From: Sporopachydermia quercuum
Taxonomy: Eukaryota
Assembly (NCBI GenBank): GCA_001599295.1
Contig: BCGN01000005.1
Span: 310,001-374,000 of the forward strand
DNA: 64,000 nucleotides
Direction: 5' to 3'
Part shown: in pieces, positions 51,362-63,795 of the stretch
Numbering within the stretch: position 1 is the first letter of the stretch
How the letters are laid out: each line of letters starts with the position of its first letter
Notes under the pieces: model-generated
Database searches by the model: none
Seen by the model: only the letters and a program-made list of their open reading frames with translations
What the model was told of the DNA's origin: nothing
Made by a program: the position numbers and the translations under genes

Positions 51362-52252
51362 GAAATGGTAGATTGTGCGAAATGTGAATCGATGTATTCA
51401 GATTGTGAGGAAGGAGAGACGTTTATCACGTCCAATAAATAAATGATTGAAAGAGGTTTATGAATTCAGGTTTTTGTTTAGTATTTAGTATGAAATAGTT
51501 TTAACGAAGTGTTGTCTTTTATTGGTAATACTATACTATACAATATAGTAAGAAAATATCGGAGGTTAATAGGATTTGGATGTCGAATAATGCTGGGGAT
51601 ATTGTCTACGTCAATAGTATTATATTCAGTGAGACAACAGGAAAGAAAGTAGCAATAGTAAAAAGTGATAAAGAAACTATCAGAGGTTAGTTACTGTATA
51701 TCCATTCACCATTGGAATTAAATTATGAAATTGAATCNGCAATGCGCTTACAACCTCCACCAGAGATGCTTATTCAGATTAACCTTTTTAAGTTTCAGCA
51801 CCTTACTCAAATTAGCTCTCCAAAGACGGAGGATCTATCTAACTCTAACTTTAGACAATTTTTGCCATATGTCAATTCAGCTCCCAAATTGTGAACCTTA
51901 TTTCCTTCTGTCCCTTGTCATACGTTCTCATGTCTCATTTGTCTCCCTTCCCCAGTTTCACACTGACNCAGAGCCTTTTCTGCTTACGTAATCACGATAC
52001 CTCTTCGGTAGACTTTTTCTCCACCAAGGTACAAAAACATTTTATTCTTCTTCACATTATCCTCAGCTTCGGAACGGAATAACTTCTTGAAATACCGTCA
52101 TATTGCATAACAGGGAGTTACAGTTGTTTGTATTAATTTGTTTTGGGAATATTACATCTTCTTCTGGCTTTTGTCGACGTTCCTTAGCCGTCAAGTATCG
52201 CCCGAGATTATTTTTTGCACCATTCAATGCTACTGACCACATAAATCACACA

Positions 52253-55200
52253 ATGCCGCCGTTGCCGCCGCCGAATCGCTCAANTAGGCAATCAAGCTCC
52301 GAAGCAACNTCTGCTTCTGGCTCGGCTTCGGCTTCGGCCCATCATTCAGGATTTGGCAGCATGTTCAAATCTCTAGCGAAAACATTTCGTACTCCAGTTG
52401 TGCCAGNAACAGATTTCTCAACTCCCCAGTCCCCTGGTCACAGTTCCACTTCTGCTTCTGTGATGTCATTAAAACAACTCGGCACAAAAGAACTGAAATC
52501 CATTAAGAATATTCCTACAGTGGTAGGCGGCTCTTCCAACCAGGAATCTCTACTACAGAAAGCTCGACCTGATAAGCAGAACTCTCTTTCCGACAGAGTA
52601 TCTGCTGTGACGAGTTTATACGAATCTCTGTCCCAATATTCGGTATCTTCTATTCCGGAGATTTGGTATCTTGTCCGAGATTTAATTTCTCCAGATAAGC
52701 CGACGTCTGCCCGAACGGAAACACTAAAACTGCTAGCCACATGTATTTCTCAAGACCGACCGTTACATGTCGCTTCCCAAATTGTATACTATTCCGATCT
52801 TGTGACTAATTGCTCGGACCGAGATAAATGTTTCCTTCTTTTCTTGAAGGCTTTCCGGTTATTGATCTCCGATGGAAAAAACATCCAGGAGCTTTCCGTA
52901 TACCGGGAATTTCCGTTGGCTCGGCTTCTGGTCCGATGGCTCCGNTCATGTTATAATACAAATACGTGTTTGGTCGAAATGATCTCGGTAGTGTCCGACT
53001 GCTTCAAATACAGTTTCAGTGGCTTTGATAAAACCGAGGTTGAATTACTACTGAATCACGTGCTTTCGATAGCTCGGAACACATCCGAGGTTCGGGTTTT
53101 AACCGGGTGTATTCAGTTTATTGGCATTGTGATTACTTATGGTTCCGTTCCGACGGACAGTGTGTTGGCAATAGCCGAGGTTTTATCTGGTGCTTCAGTA
53201 TATGTACGGGATCTATACCGGCCGTGCTTAGAAACAATGAAGAAGTTAGCAAGTAGTAATTTAAGTTTGATTACTGTTATGACGCTTTGTGATATTATCG
53301 GAAATAACCAGAACGATATCGAGTCAGAATCGGGCTCGGAAATAAGATCAGAAATCGGATNGGAGTCAATTAACGAGGCCATTATTATCGGCGCCATAAG
53401 GTTTCTAGGGGAGATTTTACTCTTTTACCCCGCGGAGCTTATTTTTATCCCGTTTGCACACATGTTCGAATCTTTAAAGTCATGTGCAGAGTTGGGTATT
53501 CGGTCAATTAACTCGGAGTTCGTTCGATTTCTTACGGTGATTATCGGAGACGATAGACTGTATACACAATTAGAATTCGAAAACAGATTTTCCCGGGGAA
53601 CGACTATTTATGGAATAATAGAAGCTTGTTATCCACTATCAAAACCACAATCGGAGCTAGATAGCGAGGCCGAATCGCAACCGGAGATACAAAAACTCAA
53701 AACAGAGATACGAACTTTGCTTGAAACTTTACTAAAACTCAGCCTAGAAGAGAAGCAATCCAACCGAACAACTGGAACTACAGAGTCAATTTGGGCCCAA
53801 GATTATATGAAATTTCTTGCCCATTTCGCGAGTTTTTCCGATATTATTCTCGAGTCAATGGCTCTCAATGTTATCCGCTATCATAAAACTCATTGTTTAT
53901 CTTCTCCGCTCTCTGAAAACTGGTACAGCAACTGCCAACGAATCATTTCCGCTTTTTACAAACCAGAACAGCCGATAACAGTTCGGCTGGAAACTTTAAA
54001 TACGGTGAAAGATTCCTACATGCTATCAACAATCCTAGGAATAGAAACGGAAATCGTCCCAATATTATCTCCAGTTTTTTCCCAAATCGGCTCAGAATCT
54101 TCACCCGAAGTTTTATCCGAAATCTCGCTGCTGTTTGTCCAATTAGCGGTGTCAACATCCGATTTAAATGCGTTCAGGGGATTAATCCAACTTTTAAACC
54201 CAGCAATTACCCGGATATTTGGTTCCGATCTCTCGGGCCGATCGGGTTTCAGTTCAACTGATAAATGGTCCACAATTGGACACTTTGTTGCCCGAATTCT
54301 AGGAAGAATCTTTGTTATTTCCGCCCTTTCTGACGGGAACAAAGCTAGTTTGGTTTATCCGACCTTATTGCAACTACTGCAAAAATCAGTTGAATCCGGT
54401 TCGGAAGCCTCAATTCCGGTTTTCTTAGAAATCTCTCGCATTCTCTGTAGGATACGGGTAACTTCGGAATCATTCATATACTTTGAAACCCCATCCGATA
54501 TGGAAGGACTTTCGGCAACTCTCGGAAGAAATTTCTCTCTTGCATCTGGGTCAGCTCCCAATTCCGGTTTGAGTTCCGGGGCATTTCCTAATAAGGAAAG
54601 TTCNGATGAAGTTCTGTGGTGGTTTCCTGAACCGGTAGAGACAATACTGGAATCGGAATTGAATAAACCATCTCGGACACTTCGCGTATCACAAACAAAA
54701 CACTCGCTACACGTCCCTCAATTTAGCACGCCAACAATCAACATTGCAACTTGGCTTGAGACCTTAACCGAAGTTCTGTACCTCGGAATAAACTGGGAAA
54801 TTTACTCCTTTGTATGGGCCCACCTTTGTCCACAACTAGCAAATATGACCTTGTTTCAGGACACTGCTCCGCAAATACAACGGTTACAAAACGTTATTTG
54901 TACTCAGCTTTTGAATAAGATTCCGGATGTTCCCGGGAAACCGGAGACAATCTCGAGAGCGGACTTAATAGTCGCATTTGTCCGAACTATGTCCTCTCTT
55001 ATTGCCTATTCAGACTTTTATTCGCCAACTGATGAAAACCTTATTCTCAAATCGCTGCTTGCAGCAATGGCCTCGTGGGAAAAAACGGCAATTCCTTGTA
55101 TTCACGCATTAACTGCATGTTGTTACCAGTTTCCTGATACTTTTCGTAAAGTGCTATCTCCGGTTATTACCCGGTTTCAAACTAGAGTCACTACGGTGTA

Positions 55201-57010
55201 CTCTTCGGCTCATATATTGGAGTTATTGCTAGCAATTTCCCATATGCCGTCATTGACGTCCTCATTAACCTTAGACGAGTACAAAACAGTATTTGCTATG
55301 GTCTTTAAGTACATTGAGTACGTTTATGACTTGAACAGGAAATATGTACCCCATCAAAAGGATAAGGTGTATATGGTAGCCCCGCACGGCAAGGAATCGG
55401 AAGCAGATTTAGTTCCGTCTACAGTGGCTAATGATACTACCAGTACAGAATTTACCCAGTATATAGCATCATTAGCGTATATTGTATTAGAGCAATGGTT
55501 TTTGTCTCTCCCGATGTCTGAACGGAGTAATCTAGCTCCGTTTCTACTAGGCAATCTTCAAAGTGCAACTGGATCGGAGCCGGGTCGGATGGATGAGATG
55601 AATTTGGCAGTATGGGACTTCATAATAAGGTTTTCAAGTTCGGATGTAGGGTTAGGAATAGCGGGGATTGCCGCTTTAACGGGATCAACCCAGCGGCGTA
55701 AAAATGCCGGAATTCTAGTAGGAAATTGGGTTATTGGTCACTCCGTTGTTACCATAGAAACCAACAAAGAGACAGGAGAATCATTAGTGATTAACCGACG
55801 TCCAGCGGGAACTTCTGTATTTGAAGTTAAGCCTGATCAGGATGTTTTGCCGAAAAGTGGGGCAGAAGTTATGCGGAGTAGTGGGGAAGTAATTCAATTT
55901 AACTCTAGTTCATCCTCTTCTTCCACTTCGGAAACCTTATTCACGCCCAAATATATACTCCAGCAACTTTATTCTCAGCAATCGACTTCCCCCGCCAATC
56001 ATCCATTACACCTCCCGGATGAACCGTCAATCATCCGAGCTATAGCCCAAATCGACCGAACCCCGGTCATGGGATACTATAAAGTTGGGGTTTTGTACAT
56101 TGCTCCGGGGCAAACTACGGAAGAAGAAATTCTCGGCAATTCTACGGGATCGAGTAATTACCACAGATTCCTAAACGGGTTGGGTAAAATGGTAAAACTT
56201 AAAAATAACCGCAAAGTATATTTAGGCGGTCTCGATGCAGAAAACGACTCAGACGGGAAATATACCTACATTTGGACAAACAAGATAATTCAAATGGTAT
56301 ATCACGTGACAACTTTAATGCCTGATCCATCCGGGAACGATATCTCCTATTCAGGCAAAAAGCGCCATATCGGGAATAATTACGTAAACATCTTCTTCAA
56401 TGAATCGGGATTAACCTTTGACTTTAACACTATAAAGACCCAGTTTAACTTCATTAATATAGTTATTTCTCCGCATACATTAGCTGGGAAAGCTTATTTC
56501 AAACCCGATGAAGTTGGGTATCCTTCTGAAATGGTTCATGCGGAAGGGTTCGGAACACAAAGGTTTTATAAGGTTAAAGCATTACGAAGAGCAGGACTTC
56601 CTGCTGTGTTTGCGGCTTGTCATTTTAAGCTGATTTCCGAAGATAAACTCTCCGAGTTTGTCCGAAACCTCGCAATGGTTGCCAGTGAATTCTCGGCCAT
56701 TTGGAACTCTCAAGGTGAGTTTATTCCGACATGGCGGTCACGTGTACAGCAAATAAACTCTCTAAAGAATAAAGCTTTGGAAGACGTAATTCCGGCCGAG
56801 ATTGCTATATCCGAAAGCGGATTTAATAGTGTAGGGAAAGTGAGATCCCCGGATTTGATTGGGAAAGAGACTGCTTCTGGGGGTAATATCAAGGAAGATG
56901 TTGCCACGTCATTTTTGGATCAGCTACAAAGCTCGGGAGGTGGCGGAGGAAACTCTCGAGTTCAAATTTCACGTGCAGGTAGTGTTCGAAAAGGATTATA
57001 TGAGGGATAG
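52253..57010 (+). CDS. TSC2: Tuberin (Tsc2), Rheb GAP
   Basis: N-terminal HEAT-like region, WEIYSFVWAHL..QL.N tuberin block and C-terminal Rap-GAP domain (KVGVLYIAPGQ, YLGGLD, YHVTTLMP, KKRHIGNNYV). First ATG in the frame is 52253. Confidence 0.92.
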   Translation: MPPLPPPNRSXRQSSSEAXSASGSASASAHHSGFGSMFKSLAKTFRTPVVPXTDFSTPQSPGHSSTSASVMSLKQLGTKELKSIKNIPTVVGGSSNQESLLQKARPDKQNSLSDRVSAVTSLYESLSQYSVSSIPEIWYLVRDLISPDKPTSARTETLKLLATCISQDRPLHVASQIVYYSDLVTNCSDRDKCFLLFLKAFRLLISDGKNIQELSVYREFPLARLLVRWLXSCYNTNTCLVEMISVVSDCFKYSFSGFDKTEVELLLNHVLSIARNTSEVRVLTGCIQFIGIVITYGSVPTDSVLAIAEVLSGASVYVRDLYRPCLETMKKLASSNLSLITVMTLCDIIGNNQNDIESESGSEIRSEIGXESINEAIIIGAIRFLGEILLFYPAELIFIPFAHMFESLKSCAELGIRSINSEFVRFLTVIIGDDRLYTQLEFENRFSRGTTIYGIIEACYPLSKPQSELDSEAESQPEIQKLKTEIRTLLETLLKLSLEEKQSNRTTGTTESIWAQDYMKFLAHFASFSDIILESMALNVIRYHKTHCLSSPLSENWYSNCQRIISAFYKPEQPITVRLETLNTVKDSYMLSTILGIETEIVPILSPVFSQIGSESSPEVLSEISLLFVQLAVSTSDLNAFRGLIQLLNPAITRIFGSDLSGRSGFSSTDKWSTIGHFVARILGRIFVISALSDGNKASLVYPTLLQLLQKSVESGSEASIPVFLEISRILCRIRVTSESFIYFETPSDMEGLSATLGRNFSLASGSAPNSGLSSGAFPNKESXDEVLWWFPEPVETILESELNKPSRTLRVSQTKHSLHVPQFSTPTINIATWLETLTEVLYLGINWEIYSFVWAHLCPQLANMTLFQDTAPQIQRLQNVICTQLLNKIPDVPGKPETISRADLIVAFVRTMSSLIAYSDFYSPTDENLILKSLLAAMASWEKTAIPCIHALTACCYQFPDTFRKVLSPVITRFQTRVTTVYSSAHILELLLAISHMPSLTSSLTLDEYKTVFAMVFKYIEYVYDLNRKYVPHQKDKVYMVAPHGKESEADLVPSTVANDTTSTEFTQYIASLAYIVLEQWFLSLPMSERSNLAPFLLGNLQSATGSEPGRMDEMNLAVWDFIIRFSSSDVGLGIAGIAALTGSTQRRKNAGILVGNWVIGHSVVTIETNKETGESLVINRRPAGTSVFEVKPDQDVLPKSGAEVMRSSGEVIQFNSSSSSSSTSETLFTPKYILQQLYSQQSTSPANHPLHLPDEPSIIRAIAQIDRTPVMGYYKVGVLYIAPGQTTEEEILGNSTGSSNYHRFLNGLGKMVKLKNNRKVYLGGLDAENDSDGKYTYIWTNKIIQMVYHVTTLMPDPSGNDISYSGKKRHIGNNYVNIFFNESGLTFDFNTIKTQFNFINIVISPHTLAGKAYFKPDEVGYPSEMVHAEGFGTQRFYKVKALRRAGLPAVFAACHFKLISEDKLSEFVRNLAMVASEFSAIWNSQGEFIPTWRSRVQQINSLKNKALEDVIPAEIAISESGFNSVGKVRSPDLIGKETASGGNIKEDVATSFLDQLQSSGGGGGNSRVQISRAGSVRKGLYEG

Positions 57011-58426
57011 ACTTCAGATGGTGTATCTGTTATATGAGAGACCCATTATTTGTAAAATTATAGCGTAATTATTGGATGATAGAATGACTAATTAATATTT
57101 AATGAAATGAATGAATCAACTGTAATGCCTATAGAAGAGTAGGTAGGAAACTAAGTTTAAGGTTTAAACAATTGAACTTTAATACTGGTTTTANTGGTTA
57201 GCTAAAATAATAAATATAAATAAGTCTAACATTTCTCGCTTATTTTGCANAGAGTTTAAAATTTAAGCCAACTGTCTAACTTTAATTTTAACTCATCGGG
57301 GCACTTTCTATCTGATTTTATTGCAAGTTTATGCAGCTAAATCGGGACTTAATGTTTTGCTGTTGATAGAATTTACTAATACTTTGATTTAGTATTTTTA
57401 AAATTATCATTGCCTGTAAATCTTTGTCGTTTCATTAGAACTCAGTCAATAGCGAGAGCCAGCAATACTTACNGTCAGTTTGGAGTAGTCTATAGAGACT
57501 AAAACTCAAATCGTTCATTAACCCACCACAGGGAAACATATGATATAGCGTACTACTAGATGAACGAATTCACCATCAATAGCAAACGTCCAGTGATTAT
57601 GGTAGTGTTATTTAAGTTCTCAAAACTAGTCAAACTTCTTCCTGCCAAATTTTGCTAAAGAATAGCAACTCACAGAGACAGAAGTGACATGAAAATATTC
57701 AGAACACTTACTACCATCCGGAAAGCAAATGAACGTTTTGCTCTTTTAATAGCTCATACAACTGTATATTTGAAGACAGAGTACGTAATTAACAGCCAAA
57801 TCAGCTGACTCTCTACTATGCTCTATTTATGAGAACTTTTATTATGCAGAAACATGTTCTACAAATTGAAGAGCAATTGCCGCACTCAATAAATTTAGGA
57901 AATTATCCATATACGTTCTGTATCTGAAATAATAGTAGTTGAATTATGCTCACAGATTACTATTACTATGACTGTTAGAGCGGAAGTATTGTAATGTAGC
58001 TAATTGTGCTACTTATGTTATAAATTATGCTGTCCTAGTGCTTACATATTTGATCTATATCCTTGATATACTTCTTGTTCTTTTAAGGATGTTCTATTTG
58101 GCCTTACAAAGAATAAACGCATCAATATGTATTCGTATTATAGTAATTAACACTTCTGGACTGATTCAGTGCGTCGAAAGACGGATGGAACAAAAGTATC
58201 AAATATTTATACTTCGATTCCCTTACTACTTTAACCATTACGTAAACTGTTTTCCTACAACGTATAATCAAATCATTGGTCATGCTAACCATCATAATCT
58301 GATATGGCTATTGTACATTACATTAGTCTACTCTACTCTACAAACGACTCTCTCATAGATAAAAAGGTGAGAAACAGCAATTACATTCCTATGTTCTCTA
58401 AACAGAATCAACACCAAATACTTCTA

Positions 58427-60118
58427 TCATGGTCTTAGTCTTCTAGGATCCCTAGGGAATAAACTGGATCTTCTAATATTCTTCAAATCTAAGTAAAACA
58501 TAACAACTCTCTCTAAGCCAATACCACCACCAGCATGAGGAGGACAACCATACTTGAAAGCATTAACATAATCTTGGAATCCTTCATCTTCTGGATCAAC
58601 ACCTTTACCCTTCATTTGTTGCTTCAGTAATTCAGAATCATGAACTCTTTGAGCTCCTGATAAGATTTCTTCACCTCTCATAAAGAAATCATAAGAGTTA
58701 GAATAATTGGAATCTTCAGGATCAGGCATAGTATAGAAAGGCCTAATTTCAAGAGGGAATTTATCCAAAATATAAAAATCGGTATCGTATTTATCACGAA
58801 CAATTTTTCCAAGTAAACGTTCATTTTCAGTAGATAAATCTTCATAATCTCCAATATCAGTTTTACCACCGACTTCACGTAATAATCTAACTCCTTCTTT
58901 GAAAGGAATTCTAACCATTTTGCCATCCTTTGGTAGCTTGAATTCTTCAACAGGATATTGTTTACGAACAATAGCAATCTCTTCTTTGAACCTGGTTCGA
59001 AGGTTGCTGAAAATATACAAGAACAATTCAGCCAAAACATCAATCACTTCATCATAATGTTCTTCAAAAGCCATTTCTAAATCAAGACCAATGAATTCAG
59101 TCATATGTCTATGAGTATTTGAATTTTCAGCTCTGAAAACAGGAGCAATTTCAAACACTTTTTCAAAATCAGAGGCAATGAGCATTTGTTTATGAAATTG
59201 AGGAGATTGAGCTAAGAAAGCATTGCTCTTGAAATACTGGATTTTGAAAACGCTAGCACCACCTTCAGTAGCAGCTCCCATCATTTTAGGTGTGTGAACT
59301 TCAATAAAACCCTTTTGAAGTAAGAACTCTTTGAACAATGTGCAGACCCCAGAAGAAATACGGAAAATAGCTTGGTTGGTGATAGTACGCAAATCAATGA
59401 CTCTGTTATCAAGACGAGTGTCTAAGTTAACAGTTGGTAACTGTAAAGCCTCTGCTTCTGCTTCAGATCGGGAAGCATCTTCAATCAACAAAGGTAGTTG
59501 AGCAGGAGTTTCTGCAATGGTATGGATAGTGGTGACATGAATTTCAGCGTCTTGAACAGTAGCTGACTTGATTGGTTCTTCGACTTTTCGAACATAACCT
59601 TCAACAACAACAATACTTTCCAAATTGATAGAACCGGCCCATTTCACCATTTGTTTGGAGATGTTTTCTTTATCGACAACCAAGAGAGCTTGAATGATAG
59701 AGAATTGTTGTCTTAAAGCAATAAAACACATTTTATTACCTTGAAGTCTTGAAGTGTGAACTCTTGCTCTAATAGAGACTTTGTCCCCATCATTGGCAGC
59801 AGATAAAGAATGGATCTTAGATCTCTTAACTCCTGTTTTAACTGCTGATTGGATCAATGGTGATTTACCATAATTAGCAGTTGCATAATCAACTTCAGCT
59901 GCTGCACGAGCTGCTTGTTCTTCAGCTAATTTTGCAGCTTTTTCAGCTTTCTTTCGTTCTTTTTCCTTTTGAGCTGCTAACTTTTTCAAGGCTTTCTTTG
60001 ATAATGGTTCGCCGTCTTCTCCAAGAATCACTTCTTCCTGGTTTGTTTCGCTTGAAGAATTCTCTGTGGGTTCCGAGATTTTAAGCTCTTCGGTAGCTTT
60101 CTCGATAGATTCGGACAT
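58427..60118 (-). CDS. DPS1: Cytoplasmic aspartyl-tRNA synthetase
   Basis: OB fold, [30 protein letters not shown] and [10 protein letters not shown]. Confidence 0.98.
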   Translation of the reverse strand: MSESIEKATEELKISEPTENSSSETNQEEVILGEDGEPLSKKALKKLAAQKEKERKKAEKAAKLAEEQAARAAAEVDYATANYGKSPLIQSAVKTGVKRSKIHSLSAANDGDKVSIRARVHTSRLQGNKMCFIALRQQFSIIQALLVVDKENISKQMVKWAGSINLESIVVVEGYVRKVEEPIKSATVQDAEIHVTTIHTIAETPAQLPLLIEDASRSEAEAEALQLPTVNLDTRLDNRVIDLRTITNQAIFRISSGVCTLFKEFLLQKGFIEVHTPKMMGAATEGGASVFKIQYFKSNAFLAQSPQFHKQMLIASDFEKVFEIAPVFRAENSNTHRHMTEFIGLDLEMAFEEHYDEVIDVLAELFLYIFSNLRTRFKEEIAIVRKQYPVEEFKLPKDGKMVRIPFKEGVRLLREVGGKTDIGDYEDLSTENERLLGKIVRDKYDTDFYILDKFPLEIRPFYTMPDPEDSNYSNSYDFFMRGEEILSGAQRVHDSELLKQQMKGKGVDPEDEGFQDYVNAFKYGCPPHAGGGIGLERVVMFYLDLKNIRRSSLFPRDPRRLRP

Positions 60119-61337
60119 TGTTATTAACCTTCTCAGTACTTAAAATATAGTAAATAGTCTATCTATACGTGCTTATTTAACTTCTTCTTAATTGTATATA
60201 TCGGATTTATTTCTAATCTCACAATGGTTGACTGGACAATGAGCCAAGGTGACACAGTATAGGTCTCTTCTAACACTTGAAGGTACACACGAATACAATT
60301 ATTTTATGAAGTATTCTGTTTACAAGCAGATTAAAGAAGACTGTTAATTATTAACTAAGTAAATTGATTCCCTATAAAAATAATAATAGGAGATGAAAAT
60401 CAGGCAGTACGTGAATTCATGTGAAAAATTGCAAATGGAAGAAAAAGAAAAGTGCGAAGAAATGAATTGGGCGCCAAGTGACTCACAAGGGGAACAAGGC
60501 ATGATTTCCGATATTTAGGCTAAGTGATGATTTTATTACTTCCGGAATATAAGGGGTTGCAGAAGTTTCCGAGTGTGAAGTGAGACGTTGTGTCTCAAGA
60601 CAGAAATGTCCTAACGTATCTGCTAGATAGTTAATAACTATGGATGGAATATTCTGTACTGGGGTTTGATAAACTATAAGCTGATTAGAAGTTGAAGAAT
60701 GATTTGCTTCTAANTTCAAGTCTATTAGAGCAAAGCACGGTAGAGGATATATAGATCAACAAGCAACTATTATCAAGGAAGAGTTGAGACAGGAAGACAA
60801 GAGAAAAAGATCATTGAAATATACATCTAATACCTGATAAAACCAGTAAAAATAAAGTCCAAGCGTATTTGTTCTTGTAAATAATTGTAACTTGAGTAGA
60901 GAGGAAACACCGGAAATCTTTGGTCATGTGATTCGGAAATTTCGGAAATTATATATATGTATCGACTATATCTTAATAATTCAAAAGGCTTGGCAAGTTA
61001 AATAAAGCATTTGATTCTTCCAAGAAAAAAATTTTGATTACTGAGTATGGCAAGTATCTCTCGNATAACAAATCAAGAATGTGTTAGACATAACTCTCAT
61101 TATTGTCTTCGTATGGCCTTCCTTGTTCCCGGCCTTCGGTTGCTTTTTGTATACTGGTAAAAACAAATAAGTCGGCTCGTCTGGAATTACATAAAAACTC
61201 AATATTTGCTTCCATCAATCATAGATTGTAAGTCTAATTTAAACGCTTGTGTTGAGAATTCCATCAACATCGTTCTTCATATGTGTTTTTGCCAGGCTGG
61301 GATCAATCGAACCCTTCTAAGCCATTTCAGCTATTCT

Positions 61338-62159
61338 TCAAGTTTTTTTCTGTTGCTCTAATTCATTATGTCTTCGTTTCTCTTCCCGTCTTCTTAACCC
61401 TTCAGCTTGTTTTCGCATTTTTCTCTGTTCCTTAGTCTCTACATTGATTTCGGCAGTCTTATCTTCAGCTTGTATCATCTCTTTCTGTATTTTCGTGTAA
61501 AGCTTTCCCATACGTCTGAAGTTTTCTTCAAACCTATCTTTCACCAAATCGTTAACAATATCCAAATATTCATCATTCACGATTCTGACTATCCTACCTG
61601 CTGTATTGTCAAGATACCCTATAACAGAATCCAATCTTAGTGATATTCGTATTCCAACGACACAATTAGATCCTATCCCTGACTCTCGAAATCCACATCC
61701 CATTGCTACAGAATATAGTCTAGATGCTGTCTTTTGATTTCTGCATTTAACATGCAAAATCAATGGTTCGTATTTCAGTAATACATACCGTTTAGATGCT
61801 GAATTTCCATCAACTTCATGCATGCTCTCAAAAATATTATGTGATTCCCACCATTTTTCACAAGCTTCATCCCTATCATGGGAAACAAATAGCCATTTTC
61901 CTCCTCCTTTTCCTCCTACTTTTTCTATCACTGCACCTTCTTCTTCGTCTAGTTTTAGTTTCTCTCCTTCTAGGAATACGCTTATCCTTCCAGAGCAAGA
62001 TGATGTCGTGACCATGTCCTTGTGAGAGTTTATCAGCTCAATCAATGGCATAACAGGAGCATCTATAGTACCTTTGGGCGAAGCATCTGGTGTCTCCGGA
62101 GCATTCCCAGCTATCTCCCCCAAAATATGACTTTTCTTTTGATCGAACGGGTCAGCCAT
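61338..62159 (-). CDS. TYW3: tRNA wybutosine-synthesizing protein 3
   Basis: FDQKK, DASPKGTID, TTSSCSGRISVF, WLFVSH, EPLILHV and GFRESG. ATG at 62159. Confidence 0.95.
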   Translation of the reverse strand: MADPFDQKKSHILGEIAGNAPETPDASPKGTIDAPVMPLIELINSHKDMVTTSSCSGRISVFLEGEKLKLDEEEGAVIEKVGGKGGGKWLFVSHDRDEACEKWWESHNIFESMHEVDGNSASKRYVLLKYEPLILHVKCRNQKTASRLYSVAMGCGFRESGIGSNCVVGIRISLRLDSVIGYLDNTAGRIVRIVNDEYLDIVNDLVKDRFEENFRRMGKLYTKIQKEMIQAEDKTAEINVETKEQRKMRKQAEGLRRREEKRRHNELEQQKKT

Positions 62160-62650
62160 TTTACGCAAGGTTGTTGAGGCAAACTTTTTTCAGGGTTGAT
62201 CAGCATTTAAGCAAGGGCTCACATTCAGTGAAATCAACGCTGAACAAATTAGCAGGAAGACAAAACTAATAGATTTGATCTATCATGTTAGTTTGATCTT
62301 TATACCTAGTTATCCAATGAACAAAGTTGCCATAGATTTCCGGCATACCAATATAATTTTCTATAATCTCCGAAATTTAGAACTGTGATTTATATCATTT
62401 CTGAAGTTGGTAAGATCCCTTTTGGGAAACATAAAGTTACCCAGTTGAAACATACTCAAGTCGACTTTTCAGATTTTCCACTCAGTCAAAAACCATGAAA
62501 ATAAAGAACGAATTTCAATAGCCAATACCGAATTCTATATCGAATCATCTTATTAAGTATTATACACTCGTTAAAATACATCAGTATCATTTCACAGACT
62601 TTTTGCAAGTTCAATGGCTGTTGAAAAACACTGCATTACTTCAACACAAA

Positions 62651-63508
62651 ATGAGTCTGTTCTTCTATGGTCAAAAAACACCAAGTGTCTCTGTGGTTAA
62701 TTCCATGGTACATAAACTGATCACAGGACAAACAAGATCAATAGGAAGAGTATCAAGAAAGAAGAAGATAGAAGTTCAACTACTAAAAGAGGTTCCCAAC
62801 ATTGGTGTGAAAGGTCAAGTAATAAAAGTGAATCCAGGATTCATGAGAAACTTTCTCCACAAGGAGGGACGTGCTGTTTATGTTTTACCTAACAAAGAGT
62901 TACCTTTACCGGTGGTAACAGCAGAAAGCTTGAGGAAAGCGGCTGCTGCCAAAGCCGCTGAAGCAGCTCGTATTGCTGCTTTGAAGCCAGTGGCACCGTC
63001 AGTTTCACCGACACCAGCAATTACAAATAAAGCCAAGAACTCATTGGATTATTTGTTTGGTATTGATGAAGGAATGAAGGATGTATTGAATAAATCTGCA
63101 TTACGATTTGATTTTGCCGAAGCGGAAAAATCGGATGGCGGTGTTGATAGTCTGACTGTGTTCGGTTTAGCTGAAAAGATTTCTGATCCTCTACTGTTTA
63201 CATCTGAAGCTTACAGGACAGGATTTTTACTAAATGCGGTTTCATTATCAGATGTTTCTAAAAGAATCACTTCTTTAGTTGGACCTGGAATAACAGAAGA
63301 ATCATTAGAAATTAAATACGTGGTTCCTGAGACGGGAAGCAGTTACAAGTTGCAATCGTTGGATTTTATTGGCAACTATTTGCTCACGATCAAGCCAGTA
63401 GGCTATAAAGGAATTGAAGAAGTGACTAAGAATGTCATAGTTAGAAGTGATAGTTTGCCAGAAGAAAGTCAAAAGCTGTTGAGAAGGCCTGAAGGTATTA
63501 TTGCATAA
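62651..63508 (+). CDS. MRPL50: Mitochondrial ribosomal protein bL9m
   Basis: VQLLKEVPNIGVKGQVIKVNPGFMRNFLH L9 N-terminal domain after a presequence-like leader. Confidence 0.85.
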   Translation: MSLFFYGQKTPSVSVVNSMVHKLITGQTRSIGRVSRKKKIEVQLLKEVPNIGVKGQVIKVNPGFMRNFLHKEGRAVYVLPNKELPLPVVTAESLRKAAAAKAAEAARIAALKPVAPSVSPTPAITNKAKNSLDYLFGIDEGMKDVLNKSALRFDFAEAEKSDGGVDSLTVFGLAEKISDPLLFTSEAYRTGFLLNAVSLSDVSKRITSLVGPGITEESLEIKYVVPETGSSYKLQSLDFIGNYLLTIKPVGYKGIEEVTKNVIVRSDSLPEESQKLLRRPEGIIA

Positions 63509-63795
63509 TGCATAATAATGCGTTTGTTTGATTAATCTGGTATATTCAATTATGCCCTTGTATATATTCGTTGTAGGTGAATAAAAGAAATCTATTGGTT
63601 ATTTTACAGGCAAATCGTAGTTCAAATTNCGTATTATATTAATTATTAATTATTAAAGTGTTTATATAAAATGAATGACCCTCGGTATTATGTTTTATTC
63701 TATTATCTTATATGATGAAAACATATTATGTTATGCGAAATAATATGATTTTATGGTATTAATGTGATATATGCATCCCACTAGACCGATATATA

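Noticed and set aside
52103..52252. 50-aa N-terminal extension of TSC2 from a TTG start
   Set aside because: Non-ATG start from the prokaryote-style ORF caller; ATG 52253 has a good A-rich context.
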